Notes: generated by a model from the sequence alone, not told the origin. A DNA stretch of 64,000 nucleotides from Verrucomicrobiota bacterium (GCA_050014435.1 JBEKDI010000008.1:13458-77457); one strand, 5' to 3'. Counted from the first letter of the stretch, positions 45,421 to 55,694 are shown. Translations and numbers: made by a program.

Positions 45421-46128
45421 GTGAATATTTCATCCGCCATTTTTGACTGCAGCGCGCCGGATTTGAAGTCGTGTCCGGACGAATCCCTGCCGGAGTTTGC
45501 CTTTATCGGCCGCTCGAATGTCGGCAAGTCCTCGCTGCTGAACATGCTCGCGGGCGAACAGGGATTGGCGCGCGTCTCGCCCACCCCGGGGTTCACCAAG
45601 CTGATTAACCTCTTCACGATGAACAACTGCTGGCGGCTGGTGGATCTGCCCGGATATGGCTTCGCCCACGTTGCGCGGGAGGACAGGGCCCGTTTCAACC
45701 AAAGCGTGAACGATTACCTGGAGAATCGCCCAAACCTCTGCCTGGTCTTTGCGTTGATCGAGTCCGGTTTGGCGCCGCAAGAAATTGATCTGGAGTTCGT
45801 GGAATGGCTCGTGCGCCACGCCGTGCCGTTCGTCTTCGTATTCACCAAGACCGACAAGGTACCCGCCGTCAAGGCGCAGACGAACATCGCAGCCTTCACC
45901 AATCGCATTTCGGCGTGGTTCGAAAAGTTTCCGGCGGTGTTTACCTGTTCAGCAAGGACCCGACAGGGCCGGCAAGAGTTGCTCGGGGTAATCGACGACG
46001 AAATGACGGCCATAAACAGCGCGGCAAATCGGGCACGGGCGCCTTCCGAAACCTCCCCAAACCCAAGTCTGAAAGCGCGCGTTCGGGAAAACCGGAAACG
46101 GCGTCCCGACCTCAACCGCCCTTGGTGA
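45421..46128 (+). CDS. engB: Ribosome biogenesis GTPase YihA/YsxC/EngB
   Basis: GRSNVGKSSLLN, PGFTK, VDLPGYG, TKTDK. Confidence 0.93.
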   Translation: MNISSAIFDCSAPDLKSCPDESLPEFAFIGRSNVGKSSLLNMLAGEQGLARVSPTPGFTKLINLFTMNNCWRLVDLPGYGFAHVAREDRARFNQSVNDYLENRPNLCLVFALIESGLAPQEIDLEFVEWLVRHAVPFVFVFTKTDKVPAVKAQTNIAAFTNRISAWFEKFPAVFTCSARTRQGRQELLGVIDDEMTAINSAANRARAPSETSPNPSLKARVRENRKRRPDLNRPW

Positions 46129-46206
46129 GGTCGTGGTAAATGGTTTTGCGCCCAGTTGGATCGATCCCCGTTCGACATTTTTCGCGGATAGCCCTATGAT
46201 TTCAAT

Positions 46207-47178
46207 GTGACGAATTTATTCATCGGCCTCTTGGGCGTGGCGCTCGCCACTAATGCGCCCGCCACGGCCTCCCCTCCCGCCTCCGCAGTGACCGGCGCGC
46301 GCAGCCATGCTGCCAATACCAATGATCCCGTGGAAAAGGCCTATCGCAAGATTCTGCAGGATGATGATGCCGCGGAGCAGGACGTTCTCAAATGGTCGGA
46401 TGACGCCGAGTCTTTTTCCCGCGCGGGCGCGGGCGACCCGGGAATCACGCTGAACGCCCGCATCCGACAGCGGCTGAAGGGAATCAAGGCCGAGTACGAG
46501 GAGTTTCTCGCCCAGCATCCCAAACATGCCAACGCCCGGCTGGCTTACGGCAGTTTTCTCAACGACACCCATGACGAGGAGGGCGCCGTCGCGCAATGGG
46601 AACAAGCCCGCCAACTCGACCCAACAAATCCCGCGCCCTGGAACAACCTGGCCAATTATTACGGACACCGCTCGCCGGTCAAAAAGGCCTTCGAATATTA
46701 CGCCAAAGCCATTGAACTCGATGGCAAGGAAGCCGTTTATTACCAAAACCTGGCCGTGACGGTTTATTTGTTCCGCACGGACGCCAAAGACTATTATCAT
46801 TTGACCGAACAACAGGTTTTCGACAAGGCGCTCGAGTTGTATCGCAAGGCCATCGAGTTGGACCCGGACAATTTCGTGCTGTTCAGCGATTACGCCGAAT
46901 CGTTTTACGGAACGAACCCGCCGCGCTGGGAAGCTGGACTGGCCGCCTGGAACGAGGCGCTAAAAATCGCCCACGACGACGTGGAACGGGAGGGAGTGTA
47001 TATTCATCTGGCGCGCATCAACCTCAAACTAGGCCATTACGATGCGGCGCGCCGGAATCTGGACGCCGTGACCAATTCGATGTACGACGTCCTGAAAGGC
47101 CGCATCACGCGCAATCTCAACACGGCGCTCAGCAAGCCCGCGACCAATACCCCCGCGCGGCTCGGCCCGGCCAAATAG
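46207..47178 (+). CDS. Secreted tetratricopeptide repeat protein
   Basis: Signal peptide; several ALELDP/AIELD-type TPR units. Confidence 0.85.
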   Translation: MTNLFIGLLGVALATNAPATASPPASAVTGARSHAANTNDPVEKAYRKILQDDDAAEQDVLKWSDDAESFSRAGAGDPGITLNARIRQRLKGIKAEYEEFLAQHPKHANARLAYGSFLNDTHDEEGAVAQWEQARQLDPTNPAPWNNLANYYGHRSPVKKAFEYYAKAIELDGKEAVYYQNLAVTVYLFRTDAKDYYHLTEQQVFDKALELYRKAIELDPDNFVLFSDYAESFYGTNPPRWEAGLAAWNEALKIAHDDVEREGVYIHLARINLKLGHYDAARRNLDAVTNSMYDVLKGRITRNLNTALSKPATNTPARLGPAK

Positions 47179-47208
47179 CGCGCCCCTTGGAATTTCAAAT
47201 TTGAGATT

Positions 47209-47700
47209 TCATCCCGGCCCGAGGGTCGAGGTGCATTGCGGACAGCGTGTAGCCTGGAGGGGAATACTGGAGAAGCAAAACGGGCAATCCTTTTTCGCCG
47301 GCGGTTCTTCCTTGCGGGAAAATTTGTTAATGGTGCGAATGCAGATGAAGATCGTGAAGCTCACGATCAAGAAGGAAATGACCGCATTGAGGAAATCGCC
47401 ATAATGGATCATCGGCGCGTGGGCCGCCTTGGCCGCGTCCTGGTTCGGAAAATCCCCCAAAATTATCACCCGATTGGACAAGTCTATTTTGCCTGTCAAC
47501 AAACTGAGCGGGGGCATGATGACATTGGTGACCAGCGCATCGACGATCTTGCCAAAGGCGGCGCCGATGATCACGCCCACGGCGAGATCGATGACATTGC
47601 CGCGCATGGCGAAGTCCCGGAACTCCTTGAGCAACGGGTTGACATTTTTGATCGGTTTCCCGATCCGGTCCGCGAGGGAGGATTTGGATTCAGGTTGCAT
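47209..47700 (-). CDS. mscL: Large-conductance mechanosensitive channel with C-terminal CxxC...CxxC tail
   Basis: [44 protein letters not shown]. Confidence 0.95.
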   Translation of the reverse strand: MQPESKSSLADRIGKPIKNVNPLLKEFRDFAMRGNVIDLAVGVIIGAAFGKIVDALVTNVIMPPLSLLTGKIDLSNRVIILGDFPNQDAAKAAHAPMIHYGDFLNAVISFLIVSFTIFICIRTINKFSRKEEPPAKKDCPFCFSSIPLQATRCPQCTSTLGPG

Positions 47701-47737
47701 ATTTTTTGCTTTATGTTGACACGAATTATCTGGGTTG

Positions 47738-48937
47738 TCAAAAGGGCGCGAGCAAAAACCGGGTGATATGTTCCAGTTCGCTGGGCCGGCTGGGATGGCC
47801 GGCTTCCAAATTGATTTCCAACGAAACCCCGATGCTCTGCCCGCCGCGGCCATCGGAACGAATCGCCTCGAAGCCGTAGCCGTAACTGGCCACCGCCCGC
47901 CAGGAGCCGGAACGCGACTGATAGCACAGCCCCAGGCCGGCGCCGGAATTAAAGTGGCCCGGCTGGGACATTTCCGGCACATAATCCATGGTGGCAATCG
48001 AGCCGATCGGATTCAGGCTCCATCTTTTGCGGGGGTCCAGGGGAATTGTGTATTGCCCGGTAAAACAGACAAAATCGCGCGCGCTCAGTTCGCCTTCAAA
48101 ATAACCCGGAATAATCAGCGGGAACTCCGAGCCCATTGGCAGGTTCCCCCCCAACCGATAGGCGCTGAAACGATCCGCGTCCACGCTTGCGCCGGCGGTC
48201 AAATTGATGTCGAACCTCTGCTTCGATTTGGGCAGCGTGTAAATCAGCAGCGCCCGCCCCCAAAACAATTCCGAATTCGCGTTTAGAACGCGGTCACCGT
48301 CAAAACCGTAGGAGCCTGGATCGGTTCGATACTGTCCTTCGTACCAGGCGGACAGTTCCATCGCCACGTCGGGCCGCAACAGCGGTTCCCGCCCGCCCCA
48401 GCGCAACCCGGCGCGCCAATCGATGGTGGAGTGATCGTCGGGCAGCGCAAAAGCCCCACTGGTATCGTCACGCGCATAAACTGAATAATGCTCCTTGATC
48501 CGGAAAACCCCGTTTAGCGGAATTCTGCCGCCTGGATTGAAAAGATGATAAACGGAACCGGATATCTCCAAACTGTGTCCAAAAAAAGACTCCTCCGGCA
48601 GATATTTTCCCTGGTGAAATTCGTAATAGGTATCGGCGAACCCGCCGCCTGCCAAACCGAGGCCAAAATCGGTGTTTGGGCCCAGCAATCCGACAAAGCC
48701 CGTTTCAGAATCCAAATAAACCGGCGCCAGGGCCAGGCGGAACGTGACGTTGGTGTGGAAGAAATTCGGTTCATTTAGATAATAATAACCGTAGCCTTGA
48801 ACAGGCGAGGCTCCCTGCAAGGGTTGGTCGAAGCCCACCTGGACCAACTCCCGCTTCTCCGGATCAATCTGCCCGAGGAGGGTGCCATGCACAAGCAAAG
48901 TGGCCACGACCAGGAGCAGCACTCTATGTGTTCGCAT
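47738..48937 (-). CDS. Putative outer-membrane beta-barrel protein
   Basis: Signal peptide, aromatic-rich alternating beta strands, C-terminal Phe. Confidence 0.65.
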   Translation of the reverse strand: MRTHRVLLLVVATLLVHGTLLGQIDPEKRELVQVGFDQPLQGASPVQGYGYYYLNEPNFFHTNVTFRLALAPVYLDSETGFVGLLGPNTDFGLGLAGGGFADTYYEFHQGKYLPEESFFGHSLEISGSVYHLFNPGGRIPLNGVFRIKEHYSVYARDDTSGAFALPDDHSTIDWRAGLRWGGREPLLRPDVAMELSAWYEGQYRTDPGSYGFDGDRVLNANSELFWGRALLIYTLPKSKQRFDINLTAGASVDADRFSAYRLGGNLPMGSEFPLIIPGYFEGELSARDFVCFTGQYTIPLDPRKRWSLNPIGSIATMDYVPEMSQPGHFNSGAGLGLCYQSRSGSWRAVASYGYGFEAIRSDGRGGQSIGVSLEINLEAGHPSRPSELEHITRFLLAPF

Positions 48938-49007
48938 TCCTTTTTTTATATTTCACCGGCATCCTTTTGTCATTAGACATTTTGCCAAATCGGATTATTC
49001 TGCCGGC

Positions 49008-49400
49008 ATGAAAGTGGGAAAGTTGCTGCACACGCGCTACCGCGTCAATGACTTGGAACGGACCGTCAAATTCTACAAGGACGTGCTGGGATTGGCCGAG
49101 TTGCGCCGGCACAAATCCCCGCGCGGCTCGGAGTTGGTTTTTATGCAGGCGGCGGACAGCCCGGAATTGATTGAGTTGTGCTCCTTTCCGGCCGCCGGTC
49201 CGGTGCAAGTGCAACCCGACTTGACCCACCTGGCTTTCGAAGTGGAAAGCCTGGACGGTTTTGGCCGGCGCCTTGCCTCGCTCGGCCTGAAATATTCCGA
49301 CGGCCCAACGCGGCATCCCGACGGCGGGGGCTTCGCCTTTGTCGATGCGCCCGAAGGCTACGAAATTGAATTAATCGAGAAGCCAAAGAAGGCGAACTGA
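49008..49400 (+). CDS. VOC/glyoxalase I-like (lactoylglutathione lyase family) protein
   Basis: LLHTRYRVNDLERTVKFY, HLAFEV, PEGYEIELIE. Confidence 0.9.
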   Translation: MKVGKLLHTRYRVNDLERTVKFYKDVLGLAELRRHKSPRGSELVFMQAADSPELIELCSFPAAGPVQVQPDLTHLAFEVESLDGFGRRLASLGLKYSDGPTRHPDGGGFAFVDAPEGYEIELIEKPKKAN

Positions 49401-49403
49401 TCG

Positions 49404-50663
49404 ATGGCCGAAATCGCGCAACTGGCAGTGGATGAACACCGGCTGCAAAGCCAAATTGACGAGTTGGCGCTTATCTCCGAAAATGCGCCGCCCGTCGTAA
49501 CCAGGATACTGTTTTCCGAGGCCGACTTGCGCGGACGGGCCTATGTCAGGAAGCTTGCTGAGGAGGCTGGACTGCATGTGCGGCAGGACGCCATCGGCAA
49601 CATTTTCGCTCGATGGGCCGGCCAGAATCCCGATTTGCCCGCTGTTGCCACCGGCTCGCACATTGATGCCATTCCCAATGCGGGCAAGTTTGACGGCGTG
49701 GTGGGCGTGCTGGGGGCGCTGGAAGCCATTCGTGCCCTGCAACGCGCCGGCGTCCGTCCCCGGCGCTCCGTTGAGCTGATCGTGTTCACCGCGGAAGAGC
49801 CAACGCGCTTCGGCTTCGGTTGCATCGGCAGCCGCATGCTCGCGGGAACCCTTTCTCCCGAAAAGGCCGCGCTGTTAAAGGACCGCGATGGAACAAGCCT
49901 TGAAGCCTGGCGCAGGCAAGTGGGATGGGACAAAAGCGATTTAGGCTCGGTCCGCCTGGCGCAACATTGCTATTCAGCTTTTGTCGAACTGCACATCGAA
50001 CAAGGTCCGCTCCTGGATAAAGAGAAGATTCCCATTGGGATTGTGGAAAAAATCGCCGCGCCCAGCGTGCTTCGCCTCGAATTGACCGGCGTGGGCGGCC
50101 ATGCGGGCGCGGTGCTGATGCCGGAGCGCCACGATGCGCTGCTGGCGGGCGCCGAAATTGCCCTGGCCGTGGAAAAGGCGGCCCTGACGTCGGGCAGCGC
50201 CGATACGGTGGGGACCACCGGAGTCTTTCGCATCGAACCGGGCGCGGTCAACAGCGTCCCCTGCCAGGCTCATCTCGAGATTGACCTGCGCGACACCCAG
50301 GCCGCCACGCGGGATTCGGCCCTGGCCAAAATCGAGCGGTCCGTGCAGGAGATTTGCCGCCGCCGGGGCGTAACCGGCAACCTGGAGCGATTGGCAACCG
50401 ATCCGCCGGTGATTTGCGATCCGAAATTGGTCAGTTTGATCGCCCAGACCTGTTCGACACTGGGCGTGGCGGCAAAACGAATGATCAGCCGCGCCTATCA
50501 CGACTCCTCATTCATGGCGCAAGTTTGCCCGACGGCGATGATCTTCATTCCCTGCCGGGAGGGATACAGCCATCGCCCGGATGAATACTCTTCGCCGGAG
50601 CAGATCAAAACGGGCGTGGCCGTGCTGGCCAACACGCTCGCTTCGCTTTGCAACGCCGGCTAA
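49404..50663 (+). CDS. M20 Zn amidohydrolase (allantoate/N-carbamoyl-amino acid amidohydrolase family)
   Basis: GSHIDA, GKFDGVVG, AEEPTRF, ELHIEQGP, GHAG, SRAYHD, SHRPDE. Confidence 0.92.
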   Translation: MAEIAQLAVDEHRLQSQIDELALISENAPPVVTRILFSEADLRGRAYVRKLAEEAGLHVRQDAIGNIFARWAGQNPDLPAVATGSHIDAIPNAGKFDGVVGVLGALEAIRALQRAGVRPRRSVELIVFTAEEPTRFGFGCIGSRMLAGTLSPEKAALLKDRDGTSLEAWRRQVGWDKSDLGSVRLAQHCYSAFVELHIEQGPLLDKEKIPIGIVEKIAAPSVLRLELTGVGGHAGAVLMPERHDALLAGAEIALAVEKAALTSGSADTVGTTGVFRIEPGAVNSVPCQAHLEIDLRDTQAATRDSALAKIERSVQEICRRRGVTGNLERLATDPPVICDPKLVSLIAQTCSTLGVAAKRMISRAYHDSSFMAQVCPTAMIFIPCREGYSHRPDEYSSPEQIKTGVAVLANTLASLCNAG

Positions 50664-50684
50664 ACGCCGGCAACGGCCTCATTT

Positions 50685-51893
50685 ATGAAAACAGACCTGA
50701 CCACCAAAATTGTCCCAATAATTCAAGCGCACGTGGCGGAACAGCGCGAAACGATCCTTAGTTTCATGCGGGAGATATGCGCCATTCCCAGTGTGATGGG
50801 GCGGATTGGCGAGGTTGGGAAACGGGTCATGGAGGAAATGCGGCGGCTGGGATTTGAGGATATTCGCTTTGACAGGATGGGCAATGTCCTCGGCCGGATC
50901 GGGCGCGGCCCGAAAATTCTTCTTTACGATTCTCATCTCGACACGGTGGATGTCGGCGACAAGTCGGCGTGGGGCTGGGACCCGTTCCAGGGGAAAGTCG
51001 AGAAGGGAGTCCTCTATGCCCGAGGGGCCGGCGACGAGAAGCAGTCAACGCCCGGCATGCTCTACGGCCTGGCCCTGGCCAAGGAACTCGGCCTGCTGGA
51101 CGGTTTCACGGTCTATTACTTCGGCAACATGGAGGAGGATTGCGACGGGCTGGCCTGCCAGGCATTGGTCGAACGCGAGGGCCTCCGACCGGACTATGTC
51201 GTTGTCGGCGAGCCGACGGAGATGAATGTGTACCGGGGCCACAAGGGGCGCGTGGAACTGAAAATGGTCGCCAAGGGACGTTCGATTCACGCCGCCTCCA
51301 ACCAGCTCGGCGACAATGCGATTTACAAAATGACGCCGATTTTGGCCGGCATCGAACAACTCAACGACCGCCTGCATATTGATCCGTTTCTGGGCCAGGG
51401 CCGGATCACCGTCAGCAAAATCGAATGCCTGACCCCGTCCATCAATGCCGTCCCGGACGAATGCACCATCTACATTGACCGCCGGTTGACCTTCGGCGAG
51501 ACGAAAGAGGAGGCCATCGCCCAGGTGGAAGCGCTTATTCCAAAGAACCAGCGCAGCCACATCAGCGTGCAAATGCTGCACTACGACACACCGAGTTACA
51601 CCGGCTTCGTTTTTCCGGTGGAAAAATATTTCCCGGCCTGGGCGCTGGAAGAAGAGCATCCTTTCGTGCAAGCGGGCCTCAAGGCGGCGCAGCTGCTGTG
51701 GGGCGGAACGCCGAAGACCGGCAAGCTGAACTTCTCGACCAACGGGATTTATTGGATGGGCAAGGCCGGCATTCCGACCATCATCTTTGCGGCCGGCGAC
51801 GAAACCACCGCCCACGGCGTGTTGGACCAAGTGCCGCTGGCCGATCTGGTGCGGGCCACGGAATTTTACGCGCTGCTGCCGGCGCTGCTTTAA
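50685..51893 (+). CDS. M20 hydrolase, YgeY family
   Basis: DSHLDTV, RGAGDEK, MEEDCDG, GEPT, YRGHKGR, FSTNG. Confidence 0.85.
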   Translation: MKTDLTTKIVPIIQAHVAEQRETILSFMREICAIPSVMGRIGEVGKRVMEEMRRLGFEDIRFDRMGNVLGRIGRGPKILLYDSHLDTVDVGDKSAWGWDPFQGKVEKGVLYARGAGDEKQSTPGMLYGLALAKELGLLDGFTVYYFGNMEEDCDGLACQALVEREGLRPDYVVVGEPTEMNVYRGHKGRVELKMVAKGRSIHAASNQLGDNAIYKMTPILAGIEQLNDRLHIDPFLGQGRITVSKIECLTPSINAVPDECTIYIDRRLTFGETKEEAIAQVEALIPKNQRSHISVQMLHYDTPSYTGFVFPVEKYFPAWALEEEHPFVQAGLKAAQLLWGGTPKTGKLNFSTNGIYWMGKAGIPTIIFAAGDETTAHGVLDQVPLADLVRATEFYALLPALL

Positions 51894-51910
51894 GTCGTTA
51901 CACGCTTACG

Positions 51911-52303
51911 TCAGGGTGTGATCAGTCGCACGGAAGGAAAAAAAGTTCGGACACGCCGGGGGTCGCGGGTGAGCACTGGGAGATGGGCGACATAGGCGTG
52001 CGCCCCGATAAAGAAGTCCGGCAGCGGACGCGACTTCCTGCCGCCCGCTCGCCGGTACTTTTCAAACGCTTTCCCGGCTTGAAAAGCAGCATTAAGCGGG
52101 AGCGGCAAGAACGTGAAGGCGGAGAGTCGGTTTTCCAATTCCTTTTGAGTGTCAAACTTGACGGCCAACTCGGCAAAAACAATGGCGTCATAGGCAACCG
52201 GTCCCTGGCTGGCCGCGCGCTCGATTTGAGCGCTGGACCACTGAAACCAATCAGGATCCTTGGTGAAAATGTCGGCGATGACACTGGTATCCGCCAGTAT
52301 CAT
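51911..52303 (-). CDS. vapC: PIN-domain (VapC) toxin
   Basis: MILADTSV...FAEL...PDFFIGAHA...LTRD. Confidence 0.92.
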   Translation of the reverse strand: MILADTSVIADIFTKDPDWFQWSSAQIERAASQGPVAYDAIVFAELAVKFDTQKELENRLSAFTFLPLPLNAAFQAGKAFEKYRRAGGRKSRPLPDFFIGAHAYVAHLPVLTRDPRRVRTFFPSVRLITP

Positions 52304-52521
52304 CCGCGTGTCAATCGCAGCCAGTCTTTAGTGCGACCTTTGATCTTGCCTCCGCGGAGCAAGGATGCCAGGACGCGTTTGCCGCGCGAATTTCCCACGG
52401 CTTTGACCACCAGCACCCCATCGGGTTGGTCCACCAACTCCACTTCAGCCTGCGCCAGCAGCCCGTGCTTGCGGCGCATCGCCGGAGGTATTGTGACCTG
52501 TCCTGTCCGTGTAATTTTCAC
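52300..52521 (-). CDS. AbrB/MazE-family antitoxin
   Basis: VKITRTGQVTIPPAMRRKHGL; 4-nt overlap with the toxin gene. Confidence 0.88.
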   Translation of the reverse strand: MKITRTGQVTIPPAMRRKHGLLAQAEVELVDQPDGVLVVKAVGNSRGKRVLASLLRGGKIKGRTKDWLRLTRG

Positions 52522-52590
52522 TGCGATAATGTCGCCCGGAAAGGAGCGAATTGTCAATCGATTTTCAGGCAGGAGTGGTAGCGCGCAGGC

Positions 52591-53025
52591 TCATTGTTTG
52601 ATGATCAATACGCTGCAATGCGCGTGGTCGCTGATGCGGTCGGCGGTGTCGCCCAAAAGCCGGCCCCACAATTCGGAATGGTCGCTGTGGCCAATGACAA
52701 TCAGGTCGTAGCCGCCTTCCTTGGCGAAATTCACCATGACTTTAGCGGCGTGGCCCGAACGGCATTCGCAGGCGATTTCAATGCCTTGCAGCGTGGCCAT
52801 TTCCGCCACTTCGCCTTTGCGCTCCTCAAAATAGTCGGCGGCGGCTTCGGCTTCGCCCTCCGCTTCGCCCGGCAAATCCGCGTGCTGCGGCAACGGCTGC
52901 CGCACCCACAGCGCAGTCAGTTGGGCGTTGTAATGTTTGGCGGCAACGGCGGCGCGTTCGAGGGCGGCCTTTCCGCCCTTTGAGCCGTCGTATCCCACCA
53001 GAATCTTTCTGAACATCGGCAGCAT
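52591..53025 (-). CDS. Universal stress protein
   Basis: FRKILVGYDGS...DLIVIG...LLGDTADRI...CSVLII. Confidence 0.92.
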   Translation of the reverse strand: MLPMFRKILVGYDGSKGGKAALERAAVAAKHYNAQLTALWVRQPLPQHADLPGEAEGEAEAAADYFEERKGEVAEMATLQGIEIACECRSGHAAKVMVNFAKEGGYDLIVIGHSDHSELWGRLLGDTADRISDHAHCSVLIIKQ

Positions 53026-53032
53026 GATTTCC

Positions 53033-54250
53033 TCACTTTCCGGTTTGCGCCGGGTGGCGCGGGTTTTTGTGGTTGATCCGCTCGCTGTAAATCCTGCCCC
53101 ATTCCACCATGGATTCAATTGTGGGCTGGAAAAACTTCTGCGCGATCAGCGTCGGCACAAACGCGCTGAGAATCACGACGGTGACGAGGATGGTGTATTG
53201 CCGCCCGTCAATGATTTTGTGCTGGAGGCCGAACAGCGAGGAGATGGTGCCGAAGGTCAGGCCGGTGGCCATCAACAGCGTGGTGTAATTGGCCTCGCGG
53301 TTGCGCATGCAGAACATTTTGGTGGACGGCCACACGCCGATGAATTTCGTCGCCAGTTTCAAGGCGAGCAACACCGCGATAATGCCGACGGCCGACCACA
53401 ACGCGGGTAATGACACGAACAACCCCGCTTTGATGAAATAAAACGGCGTGAATATCGTAAAGGCGATGCTCCGCATGCGATGAACCAGTGTCTTGTCGCG
53501 CAAGAACACGCCCGCCACGACCAGGCCGACCAGATACGCGGGCAGCACGGCTTCACTTTTGGCCGTGTTGGCCAGACCGCCCAGGAAAAAGAGCACCAGG
53601 AAAATGAATTTCACCTCCGGTTCGCTGACGCGGGTGGCGCCGAGTTTGGTGATGATGAACTGTGTCCATTGCGGCATGAACCAGAGCATGACCGACATTA
53701 CAACAACGAACACCAGCAGCCAGAGGTTGAAGTCGGCGAAGAGAGTGCCCAGCGCCAGAACCGTTCCAAAATCCGTGATAAAACACGCCGCCAGAATCGT
53801 CTTGCCCATCGGCGTCTGGCCCAGGCCGCCCTCGATCATCACCGCATAAACCACCGCCACCGAAGTTGTGGACAGGGCGATTCCTGCAATCTGCGCCTGG
53901 TGCAGGGGCCAGCCCAGAACGTATTGCGCGAACAACCAGACCCCTGCGAATGGAAGCGCAAAGGACACAAGGCCAATGGTCAGACTGGCGCGCAGATTGG
54001 CGCGCAGCGAGGCGGGGTCAATTTCCGCGCCCGCCAAAAATGTCAGCACACCGCTGCCCAGCATGGCGAGGAAATTTGTCCATTCCGTCGTTTTTAAGAT
54101 ATGATGCCCGCCGCCAAACGACATGTTGCCGACGGCCACGCCGACCAGGATTTCGATCAGCGCGACCGAAATGCCGGTGCGAATGGAGATGAGGCTGGCG
54201 GCGAAAGCCAGTCCCATCCAAATCGCCGCGATGAACCAGATGTTGTCCAT
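53033..54250 (-). CDS. Cation:proton antiporter (CPA2/Na+/H+ exchanger family)
   Basis: Multi-TM protein; FLAGAEID, LSTTSVAVV, FITD, FTPFYF. Confidence 0.9.
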   Translation of the reverse strand: MDNIWFIAAIWMGLAFAASLISIRTGISVALIEILVGVAVGNMSFGGGHHILKTTEWTNFLAMLGSGVLTFLAGAEIDPASLRANLRASLTIGLVSFALPFAGVWLFAQYVLGWPLHQAQIAGIALSTTSVAVVYAVMIEGGLGQTPMGKTILAACFITDFGTVLALGTLFADFNLWLLVFVVVMSVMLWFMPQWTQFIITKLGATRVSEPEVKFIFLVLFFLGGLANTAKSEAVLPAYLVGLVVAGVFLRDKTLVHRMRSIAFTIFTPFYFIKAGLFVSLPALWSAVGIIAVLLALKLATKFIGVWPSTKMFCMRNREANYTTLLMATGLTFGTISSLFGLQHKIIDGRQYTILVTVVILSAFVPTLIAQKFFQPTIESMVEWGRIYSERINHKNPRHPAQTGK

Positions 54251-54259
54251 TCCAGCTCC

Positions 54260-54619
54260 TTAAATCTCAGGCGGCGCTTCCACTTCCGGCCCGGCGCGAT
54301 AATCAATGACCCTGGCTTTTTCCAATGTGATCAACCCCCCCTTCATCATTCCGTCGATCAAGGGCAGGAAGGCGTTGATTTTTTCCTCGCTGTCCACGAT
54401 TTCGATGACCAAAGGCAAGTCAAACGAAAGCCGGAGGATTTTGGACGTGTGCATCCGGCTCGACTTGCCAAACCCCATCGGTCCGCGCAGCACCGTGGCG
54501 CCCGCCATGTGCATCTCGCGCGCTTTGAGGACAATGGCTTCGTAAAGCGGCTTGTGCTGCCAGCGGTCGCTTTCGCCAATGAAGATTCGCAACAGCATCG
54601 CATCATGAGGGAGGTGCAT
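54260..54619 (-). CDS. DUF190 (PII-like) protein
   Basis: LLRIFIGESD...AGATVLRGPMGFG...DLPLVIEIVD. Confidence 0.9.
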   Translation of the reverse strand: MHLPHDAMLLRIFIGESDRWQHKPLYEAIVLKAREMHMAGATVLRGPMGFGKSSRMHTSKILRLSFDLPLVIEIVDSEEKINAFLPLIDGMMKGGLITLEKARVIDYRAGPEVEAPPEI

Positions 54620-54621
54620 AT

Positions 54622-55020
54622 TCAGGCTCCTTTGGTTGGGTTAATGATTTTCGCGACGACATGGCCGAGCCAGACGGCGGCCAGACATAAAACCACGCTT
54701 GATATCGTGTTGCCGGCGGCGTAAAGCCACTCTTCATCCCGCGCGAGATTCAGGGTTTGCAGGCTGAAGGAGGAGAAGGTGGTGTAGCCGCCGCAAATCC
54801 CGGTCATGAAAAAATTGCGCCCGGAGGGTCCGACGAGCCAGCGCCCTTCCGTTGAAGTCAGCGTCGCAAAAAGCCCGATGAGAAAACAGCCGCTCACATT
54901 GACGACCAGGGTCCCCCATGGGAATGATGAGCCGACGCGATTTGCGATGAGGCCGGAAAGCCAGAACCGAAAAACTCCTCCCGCTGCGCTTCCCACGGCG
55001 ACCAAAATATAATTGAGCAT
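54622..55020 (-). CDS. crcB: Fluoride efflux channel CrcB/Fluc
   Basis: GGVFR, FPWGTLVVN, GICGGYTTFSSF. Confidence 0.96.
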   Translation of the reverse strand: MLNYILVAVGSAAGGVFRFWLSGLIANRVGSSFPWGTLVVNVSGCFLIGLFATLTSTEGRWLVGPSGRNFFMTGICGGYTTFSSFSLQTLNLARDEEWLYAAGNTISSVVLCLAAVWLGHVVAKIINPTKGA

Positions 55021-55052
55021 AAAAAATTCCTGCCGACACATTGTCCGGCAGG
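55021..55052 (-). terminator. Intrinsic terminator of the fluoride riboswitch platform
   Basis: CCTGCCG...CGGCAGG stem followed by AATTTTTT; overlaps the aptamer 3' end. Confidence 0.75.
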
Positions 55053-55120
55053 AGTCATCAGCTCTGAAGACCCTTCAGGCGGTTTCCCCGCCCTGCGGCG
55101 AGACGGCAAACTCCATTGCC
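55048..55120 (-). ncRNA. Fluoride (crcB) riboswitch
   Basis: GGCAATGGAGTTTGCC...AAACCGCC...GCTGATGACTCCTGC directly upstream of crcB. Confidence 0.92.
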
Positions 55121-55232
55121 GCCGGTTTTCATCGCAGGAAAGGATTGGAATTGCAAGCCCTTTTGTTTGATTGGAAAGAATTCCTCCCCGGAAACTCTTT
55201 CGCGCCAATGCCGGCTCTGGGCAGAGGGGAAA

Positions 55233-55259
55233 TGGCGGGAGTGGCGGGGCTCGAACCCG
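55233..55259 (-). repeat. att site (duplicated tRNA-Asp 3' end)
   Basis: TGGCGGGAGTGGCGGGGCTCGAACCCG, identical to 60437-60463. Confidence 0.95.
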
Positions 55260-55544
55260 AAAAGGAGTCTTCGCCAATCTTCGCAAAAATGCGCAAAATG
55301 CCCGTCTTTATTGACGATTCTTCGCTTCCGGCCTTTTCCGGCCAAACCGCATTTGCGAAGAAAACCGAAGCCTTGCTGTCCCCCAATTGTCCCTAAAATC
55401 GCGCTGGCCGGGCCAATACGCTGGACGGCTCCATTAGTTAGTATTGACACAAGCAAACCGAGCGAGCAGGCGGGCGATAGTTTTGCCGCCAACACGCCCG
55501 AAAACAGCAGGCCGGGGTGAGGACAATTTGATCCACTGATCTTT

Positions 55545-55687
55545 TCAGACCACGCTGGCGGCATACAAAACCGTGTCCAAGCCACAGGTGGGGAACTTGA
55601 TCGTCGTGCCAAGGCCGTGCCGGGGGAACTCCAAATTCCGCCGGCAGTTATCGCAAGGCCAGGTAAAAATTCCCGTGGCTTGTTTAT
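55545..55687 (-). pseudogene. Decayed third copy of the Zn-ribbon module
   Basis: Translates as TWPCDNCRRNLEFPRHGLGTTIKFPTCGLDTVLY. Relative to the 57386 gene the ATG is ATA and there is a 1-nt deletion. Confidence 0.7.
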
Positions 55688-55694
55688 TTGTCAG

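Noticed and set aside
47701-47997. N-terminal extension of MscL in the ORF track
   Set aside because: It overlaps the neighbouring same-strand gene; MscL similarity starts only after ATG 47700.
50685-51893. Selenoprotein or recoding in the YgeY-like gene
   Set aside because: No in-frame TGA; the ORF is continuous and ends in TAA.
55233-55259. Second tRNA gene
   Set aside because: Only the 3' 27 nt are present; this is the att duplication.
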